From assembly GCA_964016885.1 (NCBI GenBank), contig OZ024752.1:35030001-35094000 (forward strand): a DNA stretch of 64,000 nucleotides. The letters are read 5' to 3'. The stretch is from Eledone cirrhosa. Lineage: Eukaryota. The notes beneath the pieces are model-generated. The model was not told where the DNA came from. It saw only the letters and a list, made by a program, of their open reading frames with translations, and made no database searches. A program made the translations under genes and the position numbers. Each line of letters begins with the position of its first letter. Position 1 is the first letter of the stretch. This document shows, in pieces, positions 1 to 13,020 of the stretch.

Positions 1-31
1 TTAATGCTCCAAATATGAAAGCAATGGAAAA
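1..31 (+). CDS. SMC1: SMC1 cohesin subunit, internal exon (5' end cut off by window): ..NAPNMKAMEK
   Basis: Translates NAPNMKAME-K, matching SMC1A 'APNMKAMEKLESVR'; GT donor (gtaagt) at 32; phase 2 joins AA|G to the next exon. Confidence 0.93.
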
Positions 32-419
32 GTAAGTTTTTGGAAATTTACATGCATCTATCTGTCCACACACTCTCCCTATTCTTCTCTCCCATGCCTC
101 TCTCTCTCCCAATTAACTTATGTTTTACTTTGCTACTTTCTTGTTCTCAGTTGAAGGGATGTAGGCATTATATATATCTGTATTTGATTTAGAATAGGTA
201 CCTCGGGTCCCTGCGGTATGTCATAAATAAGTTTTAGCGTTAGAGAGGACATCATCATCATCATCATCATCATCATCATTTTACGTCCACTTTTCCCTGC
301 TTGCAAGGGTGGGACGGGAACTGATTCTGGCTTGATTTTTACAGTGAGTGCTGGGTGCTTTTTTTTCCATGGCACCTCCACGTCCACTTTGCAGTGGAAT
401 GATAGGGACCCCAGTCCTT

Positions 420-567
420 ATCATCTCATTTCTACAGCTGAGTAAACTGGAGCAATGTGAAATAAAGTGTCTTGCTCAAGGAAACAACACATCACCCGGT
501 CTGAGAATTGAACTCACAACCTTTTGATTACAAGGTCAATGCTCTAACCACTAAGCCATGTGCCTCC
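420..567 (-). mobile_element. tRNA-derived SINE (intronic)
   Basis: Minus strand has an A-box-like TGGCTTAGTGG, a B-box-like GTTCAATTC and the 'ccttgagcaagacactttatttcac' core seen in other copies in the window. Confidence 0.75.
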
Positions 568-729
568 ATGACATCCAAATATAAAACATTGCCTTGAAAA
601 GTCCTATGCTGGCATGGAAAATTTGGCATAAAAACGATGATGTTGATGATTGGAAATAAATAGCCCATATGGAGTCTGGAAGGAGCTAAACATTATATAA
701 TTTTGTGGGTTGTTGTGGAACACTACCAC

Positions 730-755
<26 letters not shown>

Positions 756-760
<5 letters not shown>

Positions 761-1555
761 GGAGTGTAATGCGGAGTTACTGTAGGTTCACCCAGGTGAG
801 CACTCGATGTTTAGGTTCACAACTGTATCGAGGTGTAGAGCTAGACAGAGTGTAATATATATATATATGAAAGACGTAAAATAAGAAAATTTTAAAAATT
901 AAAAATCAACTTACTTACTAAAATTTTCACTCCAACTAATTAGTTTCTGTATGGGGATAAATATAGTTACATAATATAACTATAGAGAATTCCATGCGTC
1001 ATCAGGGAGACTATTCTCAGCTAAGTTCCCAGGCGATGCGTGGACACTAGGAACTCATATAAAAATAATAATTCAGTGGATGGAATAAAGCTAGCGTGGA
1101 CTAAATTCCGGAGCACTGAAAAAGTTCACTGCCTCTGGTCAGTGGCAGATTCTAAAGAATCAATCACGTGACACTGAGGTTAATCAGTTAGGAGCGGGGT
1201 GGTATTATGACAAGAGCCTACTACTACCATGAATCAGCAGTAAATTTTGGCAAGTTTTGCTCAACAAATAATTTGGAGATAAATATAGAGAATTAGTACA
1301 TTTACCAACATATGTGTACAGATGTTCACCTATGCTAGCAAATATATATGTTATGTCTTAGTACCTTTGTGGTTCTATGCAGGGGGATGCAGAACAATTA
1401 TATGAAAGACGTAAAAATTTTCTTATTTTACGTCTTTCATATAATTCTTCTGCATCCCCCTGCATAGAACCACAAAGGTACTAAGACATAACATATATAT
1501 TTCCTAGCATAGGTGAACATCTGTACACATATGTTGGTAAATGTACTAATTCTCT
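756..1555 (-). mobile_element. Non-coding Penelope-like/retrozyme-like element with hammerhead ribozyme and fold-back
   Basis: Begins in (TA)n; hammerhead at 930-1009; 867-1170 homologous to 56320-56611; long hairpin at 1287-1555. Confidence 0.65.
930..1009 (-). ncRNA. Type I hammerhead ribozyme (long stem II, palindromic stem III)
   Basis: Minus strand: ctcc-CTGATGA-cgcatgg...ccataca-GAAAC-taatta-GTT-ggag. Confidence 0.75.
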
Positions 1556-1683
1556 CTCTCTCTCTCTCTCTCTCTCTATAATGAAAAATTGAACAGGGAC
1601 AGAACAGAGAGGCAGTACGATAAATGTTTATTAAATTCACGCTCAGGAGAGGAGGGGGGTAGGGGGGGGGGGGCGTTTCGGGC

Positions 1684-1750
<67 letters not shown>

Positions 1751-2729
1751 TTTAAGTGAGAAAACCTATTTGTGAGTATAAGCCAGATTGACGAAAAAAT
1801 ATTCTATCTATATTTGCTTGTATAAAGATCTCCCCACCATGGTTGGTTTCGTTTGCAGAAGAACCTGAGATGTTTAAGTATTAGAGACTAATTAACTGTT
1901 AATTAATATATATACAGTAAAGATAGGCGAACACAGATATGTAATTAGATGTGTTCAAATCACAAGGGACAGAAACTGCCAGGGTGAAGAAAATACTGAC
2001 TAAAATCGTATGGTTTACAGAACTCATTCAAAAGGATAAATTGGGATATACGAACCTACCATGACAACTATCATGTAGAACTGTTTCACAAAATTTCTGT
2101 GAAGAGAATTGTGGGGGGGGTGCTTTTCAACGGATACCCACGACAAGTATTCTCCTCACTACTAAGTTTCTTAGAAGACTAAATAGCACATGTGTTAAGA
2201 GAGAAAGCACATTGTTATAGTGTGCCAGGGAAATCGAATAGAACGTAAGGTTACTAAGCAGCCAGAACCATCCGATATATTAAAATATACACCCCCATCC
2301 CACTACCCCCCCATCAACACTACCCCTTTCTCTGTAAAGTTATGTAGGTACCACAACATCCAGTCCTAAATAAATGAGGTCGTGTACGTGTCGCAACAAA
2401 AAACACACACAGTCCACGCTGTAATGTGGCCGTGTAGGTATGACGGTAAAAACCTCCCAGTCCACACTGTAAACGTGGTTGGTGTTAGGGAGGGTATCCA
2501 GACAGTCATATACGAGCGAGACGACCAATCTTGCCTCAAGTGGGACAATTCCCATCTAAACCCATGCTAGCGTGGAAGATAGACGTTAAACGATGATGAT
2601 GATGATGAACCCTGAGCTGTTATGTTTAATAATAATTTCTCTACTGAGTTACTTTTGTTTTTTTTTTTGTCTTTTTTTTTTTGTTGTTTTTTTAGTATTT
2701 ATTGATTGATTGTTTTTTTTTTTTTTTAG

Positions 2730-2898
2730 GCTTGATGGAGTTAGAGAAAGATTCCAGGAGACCTCCGAAGAGTTTGAAAATGCTCGTAAGAGAGCCAAAA
2801 GAGCAAAGACTAATTTTGAAAAAATACGCAAGGAAAGGTATGACAGGTTTATGCTGTGCTTTGATCACGTGGCCACAAGGATTGACGAAGTCTACAAG
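2730..2898 (+). CDS. SMC1: SMC1 exon (C-terminal coiled coil): [56 protein letters not shown]
   Basis: Poly-T tract plus AG at 2728-2729, GT at 2899; close match to the SMC1A coiled coil. Confidence 0.96.
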
Positions 2899-3838
2899 GT
2901 AAAGTACTACCTCTAGTTATCTTCTATGACTCCTATTTATTAGCTACAATCTCTAGTTACCTTCTACCACTCCTAGTTGTGAAGGAATTTACTTTGTTTT
3001 GCTAGAAAACTTCTCTGTCAACGTTTTACATGATAATTTCAAAAGGAAAATTTACAGCTCACACCTCTGCAGGTTTAGCTATAATCCCATGAGGTTTCTC
3101 AGGTGTTTTAGTGATAGGGGTCTCAGTTCTATTATGAAAACCAACATGAAATGAAGTATCTTGCCCTAAAACATAACATGCTGCGCTGTCCAGGAATCAC
3201 ACCCAAGCACCTTCACCGTTATTAACTCTTTCATTATCATGTTTCTTACGAAAGATACTGCCTATGGTTTTGAAATCATTTTAGAAGTAATGAAGAACTT
3301 GGAGTGATTTAGAAATATAACTAATTTTATCATTACTTAGTTGACGTTTGGAATATAACAGAACAAAGAATCTTATGTAGAATAGAGCTGACGGGTTTTT
3401 AGATAAATGTATGTGTGGACCAATAACATAACTCCTGGTGGAGTAGTAGAGGTGACGTACAGCATTTCTTGGACATTTTAAAAACCTGATGGAGCCCGTC
3501 TCGTCTCCAGGTGTAGATGAATATATACACTTTAAAATAGAGTTTAGAGTTTTGTATCGTAGAATCATGGGTAATTTAATATGGTTTGAATAGGTATGTG
3601 ATTGTGTGTGGATGATACTTCAGTGTTTGGTTTCATACTAGTCTCACCAACAAAGATGTTAACTGTCATATAACCCACATTATGTTGGCGTTGCTGTTTT
3701 CTTTATGGGGCAGGGTGATGGGTGAATAAAATAATTAGATGAAATTCTTGAAGGATATTGTATATTCCTTGTTTTTAGTCAATAATTTATTTTAATTTAA
3801 AATTCTGAAATATATTTATTTGTACTTTTATTTTCTAG

Positions 3839-4615
<777 letters not shown>

Positions 4616-4708
4616 ACAAAGTCTCTAACTTTAATTTAATCATTTGGATTAACAAAACTTTTTTTTTTAGATATTTTCAGTTAAATTATTACAGTATATT
4701 AAGAATTA

Positions 4709-4819
4709 AGGGTGTCCCCCAAAAATGTATACATACTTCAACAGCGTTCTAATAAATATTGCTTGTACAAGTAATGAAAGTGTGTATACATTTTTTTTTT
4801 TTTTTTTGGGGACATCCTG
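4709..4819. mobile_element. Short Tc1/mariner-type MITE
   Basis: Inverted termini agggtgtccccc-aaaaatgtatacatacttc / gaaagtgtgtatacattttt...ggggacatcctg. Confidence 0.6.
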
Positions 4820-5107
4820 CAGTTAGTTAAAGTCTTGTCTTGAGCCTACAAGCTCATCAGGTCTGAGCATATTCTGGTTTCTGGTTTCATTGGCATTAGT
4901 GTAGAAAAGTTAAAAAAGTATTTATTTGTGATAATAACAATAAATTATATTTTCTTTTTTGATTATATTTGTTTAAAGTTCCTACACTCTGTAGCGTTCA
5001 GTTCTATTTTTATTTAGAATTTCTCTTTGTAGACATGCAATATCAATATTTTTTCCTTCATTTAACCTAGAAGTATTTAAAGTCTTACATATATTTTCTG
5101 ATTTCAG

Positions 5108-5177
5108 CTTCCAGCCAGCACCATTCTTTGTCCTTGATGAGATAGATGCTGCATTAGACAACACCAATATTGGAAAA
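5108..5177 (+). CDS. SMC1: SMC1 exon with Walker B/D-loop: [23 protein letters not shown]
   Basis: tttcag acceptor, gtaaat donor; phase matches the previous exon (AG|C = Ser). Confidence 0.98.
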
Positions 5178-5336
5178 GTAAATATTTCACATTTGTTCAT
5201 TTTTCTAATTATTTCATTCAGTTTGTAAAGTTTGATGTGCACAAATCTTCGACATTAACTTATATATGAGATTTTATCCACTAAAATCAATCAATCACTT
5301 AATCTACATCCTCCAATATTTAATGCACTATTACTA

Positions 5337-6198
5337 GGTGGTGGATTGACAGAATTGGTAGAGCATTAGACAAAATGTTTTGGGGTGTTTAGTTATGGCC
5401 CTGTATGTTCTGTGTTCACATCCTGCCATGATCAACTTTGCCTTTCATCCTTCAGTTGATAAGATAAAGTACTAGTTAAGTACTGGGGTTGATAAACTAA
5501 AATATCTGTTATGTACTGGAGGTTGATATAATATAGTACCTGTTATGAACTGAAAGTTGATAAAATCAAATATCAGTTACATATTGGAGGTTGATAAAAT
5601 ATAGTACCTGTTATGAACTGAAAGTCGATAAAATCAAATACCAGTTATGAACTGAAAGTCGATAAAATCAAATACCAGTTATGTACTGGAGGTTGATAAA
5701 ATATAGTACCTGTTATGAACTGAAAGTTGATAAAATCAAATACCTGTTATGAACTGAAAGTTGATAAAATCAAATACCACTTACATATTGGAGGTTGATA
5801 AAATATAGTACCTGTTATGAACTGAAAGTCGATAAAATCAAATACCAGTTATGAACTGAAAGTCGATAAAATCAAATACCAGTTATGTACTGGAGGTTGA
5901 TATAATATAGTACCTGTTATGAACTGAAAGTTGATAAAATCAAATACCAGTTATGTACTGAAGGTTGATAAAATATAGTACCTGTTATGAACTGAAAGTT
6001 GATAAAATCAAATACCAGTTATGTACTGAAGGTTGATAAAATCAAGTACCAGTCAAATACTGAAGGTTCATAAAATAAAGTACCATTTATATACTGGAGG
6101 TTGATAAAATAAAGTACCAGTCAAGTACTGGGGTAAATTTAATCAACTTTCCTCTCCCCTTAAAGCTGATGGCCTTATGCCTTAATTAGAAACTATTA
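5337..6198 (+). mobile_element. Deu/Nin-type SINE whose 3' segment expanded into a minisatellite (about 5480-6130)
   Basis: SINE head and 'ctttgcctttcatcctt' core, about 20 copies of a ~32-bp unit 'gttgataaaatcaaataccagttatgaactgaaa', then the SINE tail 'ggccttatgccttaattagaaac'. Confidence 0.8.
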
Positions 6199-6397
6199 TA
6201 CTGAGTTCTCTCATCCTTCCATAAAGATAAATATAATTTAGTTTTTTCCAATAATAATAGCTTAAAAACAATAACATTATGTTACATTCTACTGTTCCCT
6301 GTGGTCTCTTTTTACCTATATAAGCTCTATCTTCTTCTACAGCAAGATGTCTTAATTACAGTAACTAGTTTTAAGAAATATTAATTCATTTTTTCAG

Positions 6398-6508
6398 GTG
6401 GCATCATATATTGAAGAACAAGCTGAAATAAATTTCCAGTGTGTTGTTATCTCTTTGAAAGAAGAATTCTACAACAGAGCTGAAGCTCTCATTGGTATTT
6501 ATCCTGAG
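6398..6508 (+). CDS. SMC1: SMC1 exon: [37 protein letters not shown]
   Basis: ttttcag acceptor, gtatgt donor; matches SMC1A '[24 protein letters not shown]'. Confidence 0.97.
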
Positions 6509-6519
6509 GTATGTCTCTC

Positions 6520-6587
<68 letters not shown>

Positions 6588-6727
6588 TCTCTCTCTCTGT
6601 TATTTTCTATTGTTTTAGAAGATGATTTAATAAGTTTCAGAATAAATGAAGCACATGGCTTAGTGGCTAGAATTGTATTTGCAATCATCACTCAGATGAA
6701 TGTTACCACAACTTTAACCCCTCTGAA

Positions 6728-6975
6728 TTTCTTTAGGTTCCTCTTTGTTGCCAGCATTTGCGTCATGTCGCTGGTTTGCGAATAACTTTCTATCGCCAGT
6801 TTTGGAGGGCTTTCTAAAAGGTCATGAGCACTGCCTTTCCTCCTATGTCTCCTTAACCCATGGATTTCTTTAGGGTCCACTTTGTTGCCAGCATTTGGGC
6901 CAACTCACTGGTTTGTGAGTAACTTTCTCTCACCTATTTTGGAGGGTTTTTCAAAAAGGTCATGACCTCTGTGCT
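6728..6975. repeat. Two diverged direct repeats (period about 136 bp) in the last SMC1 intron
   Basis: 'tttctttagg..c.ctttgttgccagcattt...ctggtttg...taactttct...ttttggaggg..tt...aaaaggtcatga' occurs twice. Confidence 0.75.
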
Positions 6976-7119
6976 TCCTCAATTGACTTGGTGGTGATGA
7001 TTATGGTGGTGAGGGGTGGGGGTGATGATCCTGTTGATGAATGTTTTTTTTTTTTTTTCCATTGACACTTTCAGGTGCAAATATTACAGTAAAATATTTC
7101 TTTTCTGATTCCATTACAG

Positions 7120-7224
7120 GTTGGTGACTGTGTCATCAGCAATGTCCTTACCTGTGACTTAACTGAATACGTTGATGTGCCTCGTAATGAAGACAATGAA
7201 CTAGCAATTCGTTTGACTCGCTGA
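7120..7224 (+). CDS. SMC1: SMC1 terminal coding exon: VGDCVISNVLTCDLTEYVDVPRNEDNELAIRLTR*
   Basis: ttacag acceptor; matches SMC1A 'GDCVISKVLTFDLTKY'; TGA at 7222-7224. Confidence 0.95.
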   Translation, partial: VGDCVISNVLTCDLTEYVDVPRNEDNELAIRLTR

Positions 7225-7633
7225 TAGTCCTGCACAGAAAATAGTTTTAACTTATTATTAACAGTGCAACAAGGAAAATACAGCAGCATTGATTCCGGGA
7301 AGTTAAACAATGCCGAGTTTTAATGGTAATGATCTAAATATTGGCAACTACAACCATCATTAACAAATATACCCCTTTGTTGCTAATGTTACGGTCTTCC
7401 AGTCAAACTGGTAGCATTGATTACTAAACTGAAGAGGAAAACACCATTATACCATTACATGCTGCTGTCATTCAGGAAGGAGAGCGGTCACCTTTAATTT
7501 CCTCTAAACTGCTCTTCACATCACTGGAACTTCTCCGTTCTTTATTCCACACACATACACACACACACACACTCATTCTTCTGAACAGTGAACTTGTAAT
7601 ATATTACTACAACTCTATTGTAAAGTTTGAGAG

Positions 7634-7639
7634 AATAAA
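7634..7639 (+). promoter_or_regulatory. Candidate proximal polyadenylation signal of SMC1
   Basis: AATAAA about 410 nt after the stop codon. Confidence 0.35.
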
Positions 7640-7709
7640 ATTCATATTTGGATACTTATATACTTATAATAGCTGAAATAGTCTAACAAAGGTTGAAATA
7701 TTCTTTTGC

Positions 7710-7875
7710 TGGGGTATCTAAATTAAATATAATTACTGTAATGATAAAAGGGGTATCAAAATTAGATATATAATTACTGTAATGATAAAAGGGGTATTTA
7801 AATTAAATATATAATTACTGTAATGATAAAAGGGGTATCTAAATTATATATATGATTGCTGTAATGATAAAAAAT
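7710..7875. repeat. ~40-bp tandem repeat, about 4 copies
   Basis: aattaaatatataattactgtaatgataaaaggggtat repeated. Confidence 0.85.
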
Positions 7876-8638
7876 TAATGAGAGAAAATAAGTAATGGTG
7901 ACTAGTTGTTTAGATATATATTTTGAATGAATAGCGTAGCTGAATTGTGTAATTGATGCGGGAATGGGCAACCGCTGCATGGGTTGTTATACAACAATTG
8001 ACGTAGTGATAGATACGTGACTTTAATATTGCAACATACTACGCTATCATCTCACTTGGGTACACTTCAGATTTAAAGATACTTAGTTTGTATCCCTGCA
8101 GTATGTCTGTGTTTTCTCTTTCTTTCATAGCATTGTTATCCAGACCAATGCCTTGTCTGTATTTTTAGGGTTCCTGTGGAAATCTTTCTAATCAAGAAGG
8201 AAGTCCCTTAAAATATTTGAAGAAAATTAATACAAGAACATAACAATACACTGTCAACAGCAAAATAATGTAGTTGACAGATTATTATTATCATTATTAT
8301 TATTTCTTGGACATCATTAATGAGCTGAAAGGACATATTAGTGGCTGTTCTAACTCCTTAAATACCATTTTGTTTTTGTATATAGCTGCATTCACACACA
8401 GCACACACACATTAAATCATGCAACCACATACTTTATGTGAGAGTGTATTTTACACTCTAATCATAGTACATACAGTATTGATTTCACTATAAAAATGAC
8501 CTAATATTTCAAGTATTACATGCAGAACACAAACACCAAGCCTTATTTAAAACCATTTAAAAGTTCATAATTTTTTTTCCAATCCCATCCAAAATTCTGA
8601 TGTTTCCTTTTAAATTCCCAATCTTTCCAATAGTATCA

Positions 8639-8687
<49 letters not shown>

Positions 8688-10140
8688 TATGTGTGTGTGT
8701 ATATATGTATGTCTTCATGCAATATCAACTATCAACTTCAACTTTATTTTTCTCTCTTGAAACACACTACTTGTTTATTGTTTTGTCTAGCTCCATTCAT
8801 TGCAAATCCTCCAATCATTTATTTTCAGTAGTTTTTACAGTACCAATTTATCCCCCCCCCCCCCACACACACACATCCCAGCCATTTACATAAATTAGTC
8901 AACCTCAACTTATCTCTAAATCTAGATTTGTTTTTTTTTCTTTACCTTTGCTTAAATCTTGCATTTTAAGTAAATTACTAAATGTTTAATTACTCAATTC
9001 TATTTTTGTCCTGACTAAAGTTGAGAGTGGCAGGGAAATTTTCTGACGCTTGGCTACAAAATTCCTGTATAAAATTTCATTATTTGTATTACAAAGGTCA
9101 TGTTTAGATTGAGTTGCATCACAAACACATAGATTCTGCTGAGATAAATTTTATTTCGTTGTGAAATTTATTTAAATGATTCATTTCTGCTTCTGTTATC
9201 CAAGTTCTTTTACTGATCATATATCTCTCTTTTAAACTAGTCTAAACAGTTCTCATCATCTTTGAACTTTCTGTATTTCTTTCATGGACTCAGTGTAGCT
9301 GTATCTTCATAGTTTCAATAGTGAAACATGTTTGAATCTAAAACTGTATATGTTTGCTTTTATACCTCCTTTGCCTTAAACACACGCACATACTCATCCA
9401 CGGTTTGAGGAGATTACATATAATATTTCCTTAGTATTTCCTCTGGTTGTTCCTTTCAGAAGCTTTTTTTTTTTTTCATTTTCTTCAGTTGATTATTTTT
9501 TTTTATTTTCCATGTTTTGTAAACGTAAAGATACTTTTCTGATTTGGGGTCCAATCACATTATTGAAAGTATGGGGATGAGTTATCATTAATTACAACAT
9601 ATATATATATATATATATGTAGTTTATTTAGGGTTAACCTAAGTTTATGTGGTCACTACATGAAACATGCATAGAAAGAGTAGATATTTCTGAGAGGATA
9701 CCTACTCTGTATATTTGCATGTTCCACTATGTTTGAAATGGAATATATACATATATATATATATATATAGGAGTTGCGACAAGTGGGTAGTATCAGCAAC
9801 AGAATGACCAATGGAAGCTTTGTTCTCTTGGTTCAATTTGATGAGTTCCACTCCATTCGATAAGCAAGTGAAGTCTGGAATCTTGTGAATCGATATATAT
9901 ACCTTTAACATAGTGTATATCATGTAACCACCTTATCCTTATTAAAATTATATGGTAATGTATGTTGCCATGTGCATTGCCAAAAGGATAGTTTTGATTT
10001 GAAAATAATTGTGCCAAATCTTTATCTTTCGGAATGAGAAATGTACTGGCTGGTTTCATGTTGAGATCTGCCATGAGATGTAGAATTTTGATTTCATATT
10101 TAAAAAATCACCCATTAAATACCAAAGCTTATATAAATAT

Positions 10141-10650
10141 TTGGATTCTAGTAAGTACTTGGTACAGGAGGGTTCCTCGTTAGATTCTAGTTGGTACTTG
10201 GTACAGGAGGGTTCCTCGTTGGATTCTAGTTGGTACTTGGTACAGGAGGGTTCCTCGTTGGATTCTAGTTGGTACTTGGTACAGGAGGGTTCCTCGTTGG
10301 ATTCTAGTTGGTACTTGGTACAGGAGGGTTCCTCGTTGGATTCTAGTTGGTACTTGGTACAGGAGGGTTCCTCGTTGGATTCTAGTTGGTACTTGGTACA
10401 GGAGGGTTCCTCGTTGGATTCTAGTTGGTACTTGGTACAGGAGGGTTCCTCGTTGGATTCTAGTTGGTACTTGGTACAGGAGGGTTCCTCGTTGGATTCT
10501 AGTTGGTACTTGGTACAGGAGGGTTCCTCGTTGGATTCTAGTTGGTACTTGGTACAGGAGGGTTCCTCGTTGGATTCTAGTTGGTACTTGGTACAGGAGG
10601 GTTCCTCGTTGGATTCTAGTTGGTACTTAGTACCGGAAGGGGTTCCTAAT
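10141..10650. repeat. 39-bp minisatellite, 13 near-identical copies
   Basis: Unit ttggattctagttggtacttggtacaggagggttcctcg; no spacers. Confidence 0.97.
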
Positions 10651-10857
10651 TGATGTTTTACTATATTTAAAGTTTAATTTTGGACCATTCTACATTTATC
10701 TGTTTTACATTTTTGCTTCTTTTTGCTTCTTTTTGGGGGTTTGGAAAATTGGGAATTGGTGTGGGTCTGGGTGCATGTGTGAGTATGTCTGTCTGTGTAC
10801 ATAGATATTAAAGTTCAACATATATAAATATATCATTTTAAATATATAAATATATAT

Positions 10858-10898
<41 letters not shown>

Positions 10899-11600
10899 AC
10901 TTAATACACATGTGGGTGTATATATATACCATTGCATGTAACCAATAACTCAGACTGTTAATTGAGTAAATTACACCCTTTCCATGGTTTGTTCAGCTTG
11001 AACAAACTTAGTCTTGTTGAAAAAAAAAAATTGTCTGTTTATCATCTAAAGATTTTCTCATTTCCAGTTTTGGTTGTATTCTTTATTTTGGGGAAAATAT
11101 ATTACAGTCTTGGTGTTAGATTCACTCTGATTTACCCATCTCAGATTCTGACCAAACAAGTAGTTTCCCTATGCCGTTATTAAATTCCACCTCAATGTAT
11201 TACGTCTATAAGCCTACAATGTTGGCGGCTGACTACATTAAATTATGTAGGGATTGTGTATTTTTGTCAGTTTTCATTGAACTAATCGCAAGACCAGTGC
11301 TTCTTGGTTAGTCAGATTTATTTTTACTAAAATGTATTTTATCCTTTTTTTCTTCTTTTTTTTTTCTAGCAATTAATTTTTGATTTTCAATTTTTTTAAT
11401 TTTTTTTTTATTAGCTTTATTTTTTAAAAACAAATCCCTTGTGAGTTTGTGAAAAGATTTCTACTTAAAAAGTTAATAATAATTATGATTGAATCTTATT
11501 ACAAATGTCTTTGATTGGGTTTGATCCACTGTTGGCTATTTGAAACTGGGTTTGAAAGTCTGAAGAAAAGATAGATTTAAAGCAGAAATTGTAATACTGT

Positions 11601-11757
11601 GTGATGTAGCTCAATTAGCACGAGTGGTGTGGCTCAACTAGCACGAGTGATGTGGCTCAGCTGCCACGGGTGATGTAGCTCAACTGCCACGAGTGATGTA
11701 GCTCAACTGCCACGAGTGATGTGGCTCAACTGCCACGAGTGATGTGGCTCAACTACC
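11601..11757. repeat. 23-bp minisatellite, about 6.5 copies
   Basis: Unit cacgagtgatgtggctcaactgc. Confidence 0.9.
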
Positions 11758-12410
11758 AGTAGCTACTCCAACAATATAACATTTCATTGACACAGCTTAT
11801 CTACAAAGATATTCTATATCTTTGTTACTATAGTGAATTAAAACAGATGTTAGAACAAAGATATATATTTATATATATATATATATCTTCAATGACAACG
11901 TATGTTTATATCAGTTGCTGAATTATGCCTTAGAATTGCATGTATTGAGCAATATTGTTCAGAATATTTTCTTTATAATCATTATTATTCAAATCTTACT
12001 TGAACCTCCTTCTCCCTATCTCTTTCTCTCTGTATTTCATATGATATTTGTGTCTAACTTGAGAATCAGTTCACTGTTTCTATCTTTGTTACATACTAAT
12101 ACTCAATATTTTTATTGCCTCTTTCTTAATTCCTGGCCTATTTACTATGTCGTTTATTCACTGGGAATTTCTCTCTTAATCTGCAGTTCTGTTAGCAGTA
12201 TTCAGCTACATAATGATCCTGATACTGATGATGTCCAAAGATTCCAAATCAATGAGACAACTGGGATGTTTTAGTCATGTTAGGGAGACTAATCTCCTTT
12301 GAAACTGCTAGAGAGTCATTGAGTAGCTTCTGTCTGAAGTTGAACTGCTTGTTAAAATGTTGCCACACTTATATATGATCATGAAATATATTGTAACTCT
12401 GCTACTTTAA

Positions 12411-12615
12411 CCCTTTAGCATTTACATTACTCTATATTTGCTATTATATTTTCATGGTAAAGGCTTTACCTCACATAATATCAAATCTATGAGATTTTGA
12501 TATTTATTTTGAGAACAATACCTTAACATCTGTATGAGTGGCTGGTTATAGCTGGTTTGAACAGAAAGAGGTGAGGGAATTCTGGCCAGATATGGTCGGT
12601 TTAAATGCTAATGAG
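12411..12615. mobile_element. piggyBac-type MITE (~205 bp)
   Basis: TTAA on both sides; TIRs CCCTTTAGCATTTA / TAAATGCTAATGAG; internal sequence shared with 22485-22687. Confidence 0.75.
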
Positions 12616-12762
12616 TTAACTATAAGTTAGGTTGACTTGTAGTTATACATCCCTGGAGCAGATCATTTATTAATGTCTTTCGTGGAATGTAACTATATAC
12701 ATTGCTGGAATGAGGCAGTGGGAGTAAACAGCTTATTGGCAGTATTTCATCTTATAATTTGT

Positions 12763-13020
12763 GGAAGGTGCATGTCTTAGAGGTTAGAGAATTGGATTCA
12801 CAATCATGAGGTTGCCAGTTCGATTTCCAGACTGGGCGATGCATTATGTCCTTGAGCAAGACATTTTATTTCATGTTACTCTTTCTGCCAAGAGTTGCAA
12901 CCAGTAGATTAGTATCAGCAATTGCAAAGACCAATGGAAACATTATTTCCTTGGTCCGATTTGACGAGCTCCACTCCACTCTGTAAGTGAATAAGATCTG
13001 GGATCTTGTCGATTGATATT
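12763..13020 (+). mobile_element. tRNA-derived SINE with extended 3' domain
   Basis: Head 'ggttagagaattggattcacaa...cagttcgatttcc', core 'gtccttgagcaagaca', then 'gaccaatggaaac...ggtccgatttgacga' shared with 9770-9895, 16740-16925 and 46925-47128. Confidence 0.75.

Noticed and set aside
2120-2155. LFNGYP motif as a Penelope RT thumb remnant
   Set aside because: Too short, and surrounding frames give no further recognisable similarity
10141-10653. 170-aa ORF or CRISPR-like array
   Set aside because: Pure 39-bp tandem repeat with no spacers; the ORF is open only because the unit is a multiple of 3 without a stop; eukaryotic context
12225-12250. Isolated CTGATGA (similar isolated CTGANGA at about 4854, 28545 and 53732)
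   Set aside because: No downstream stem II-GAAA-NUH arrangement
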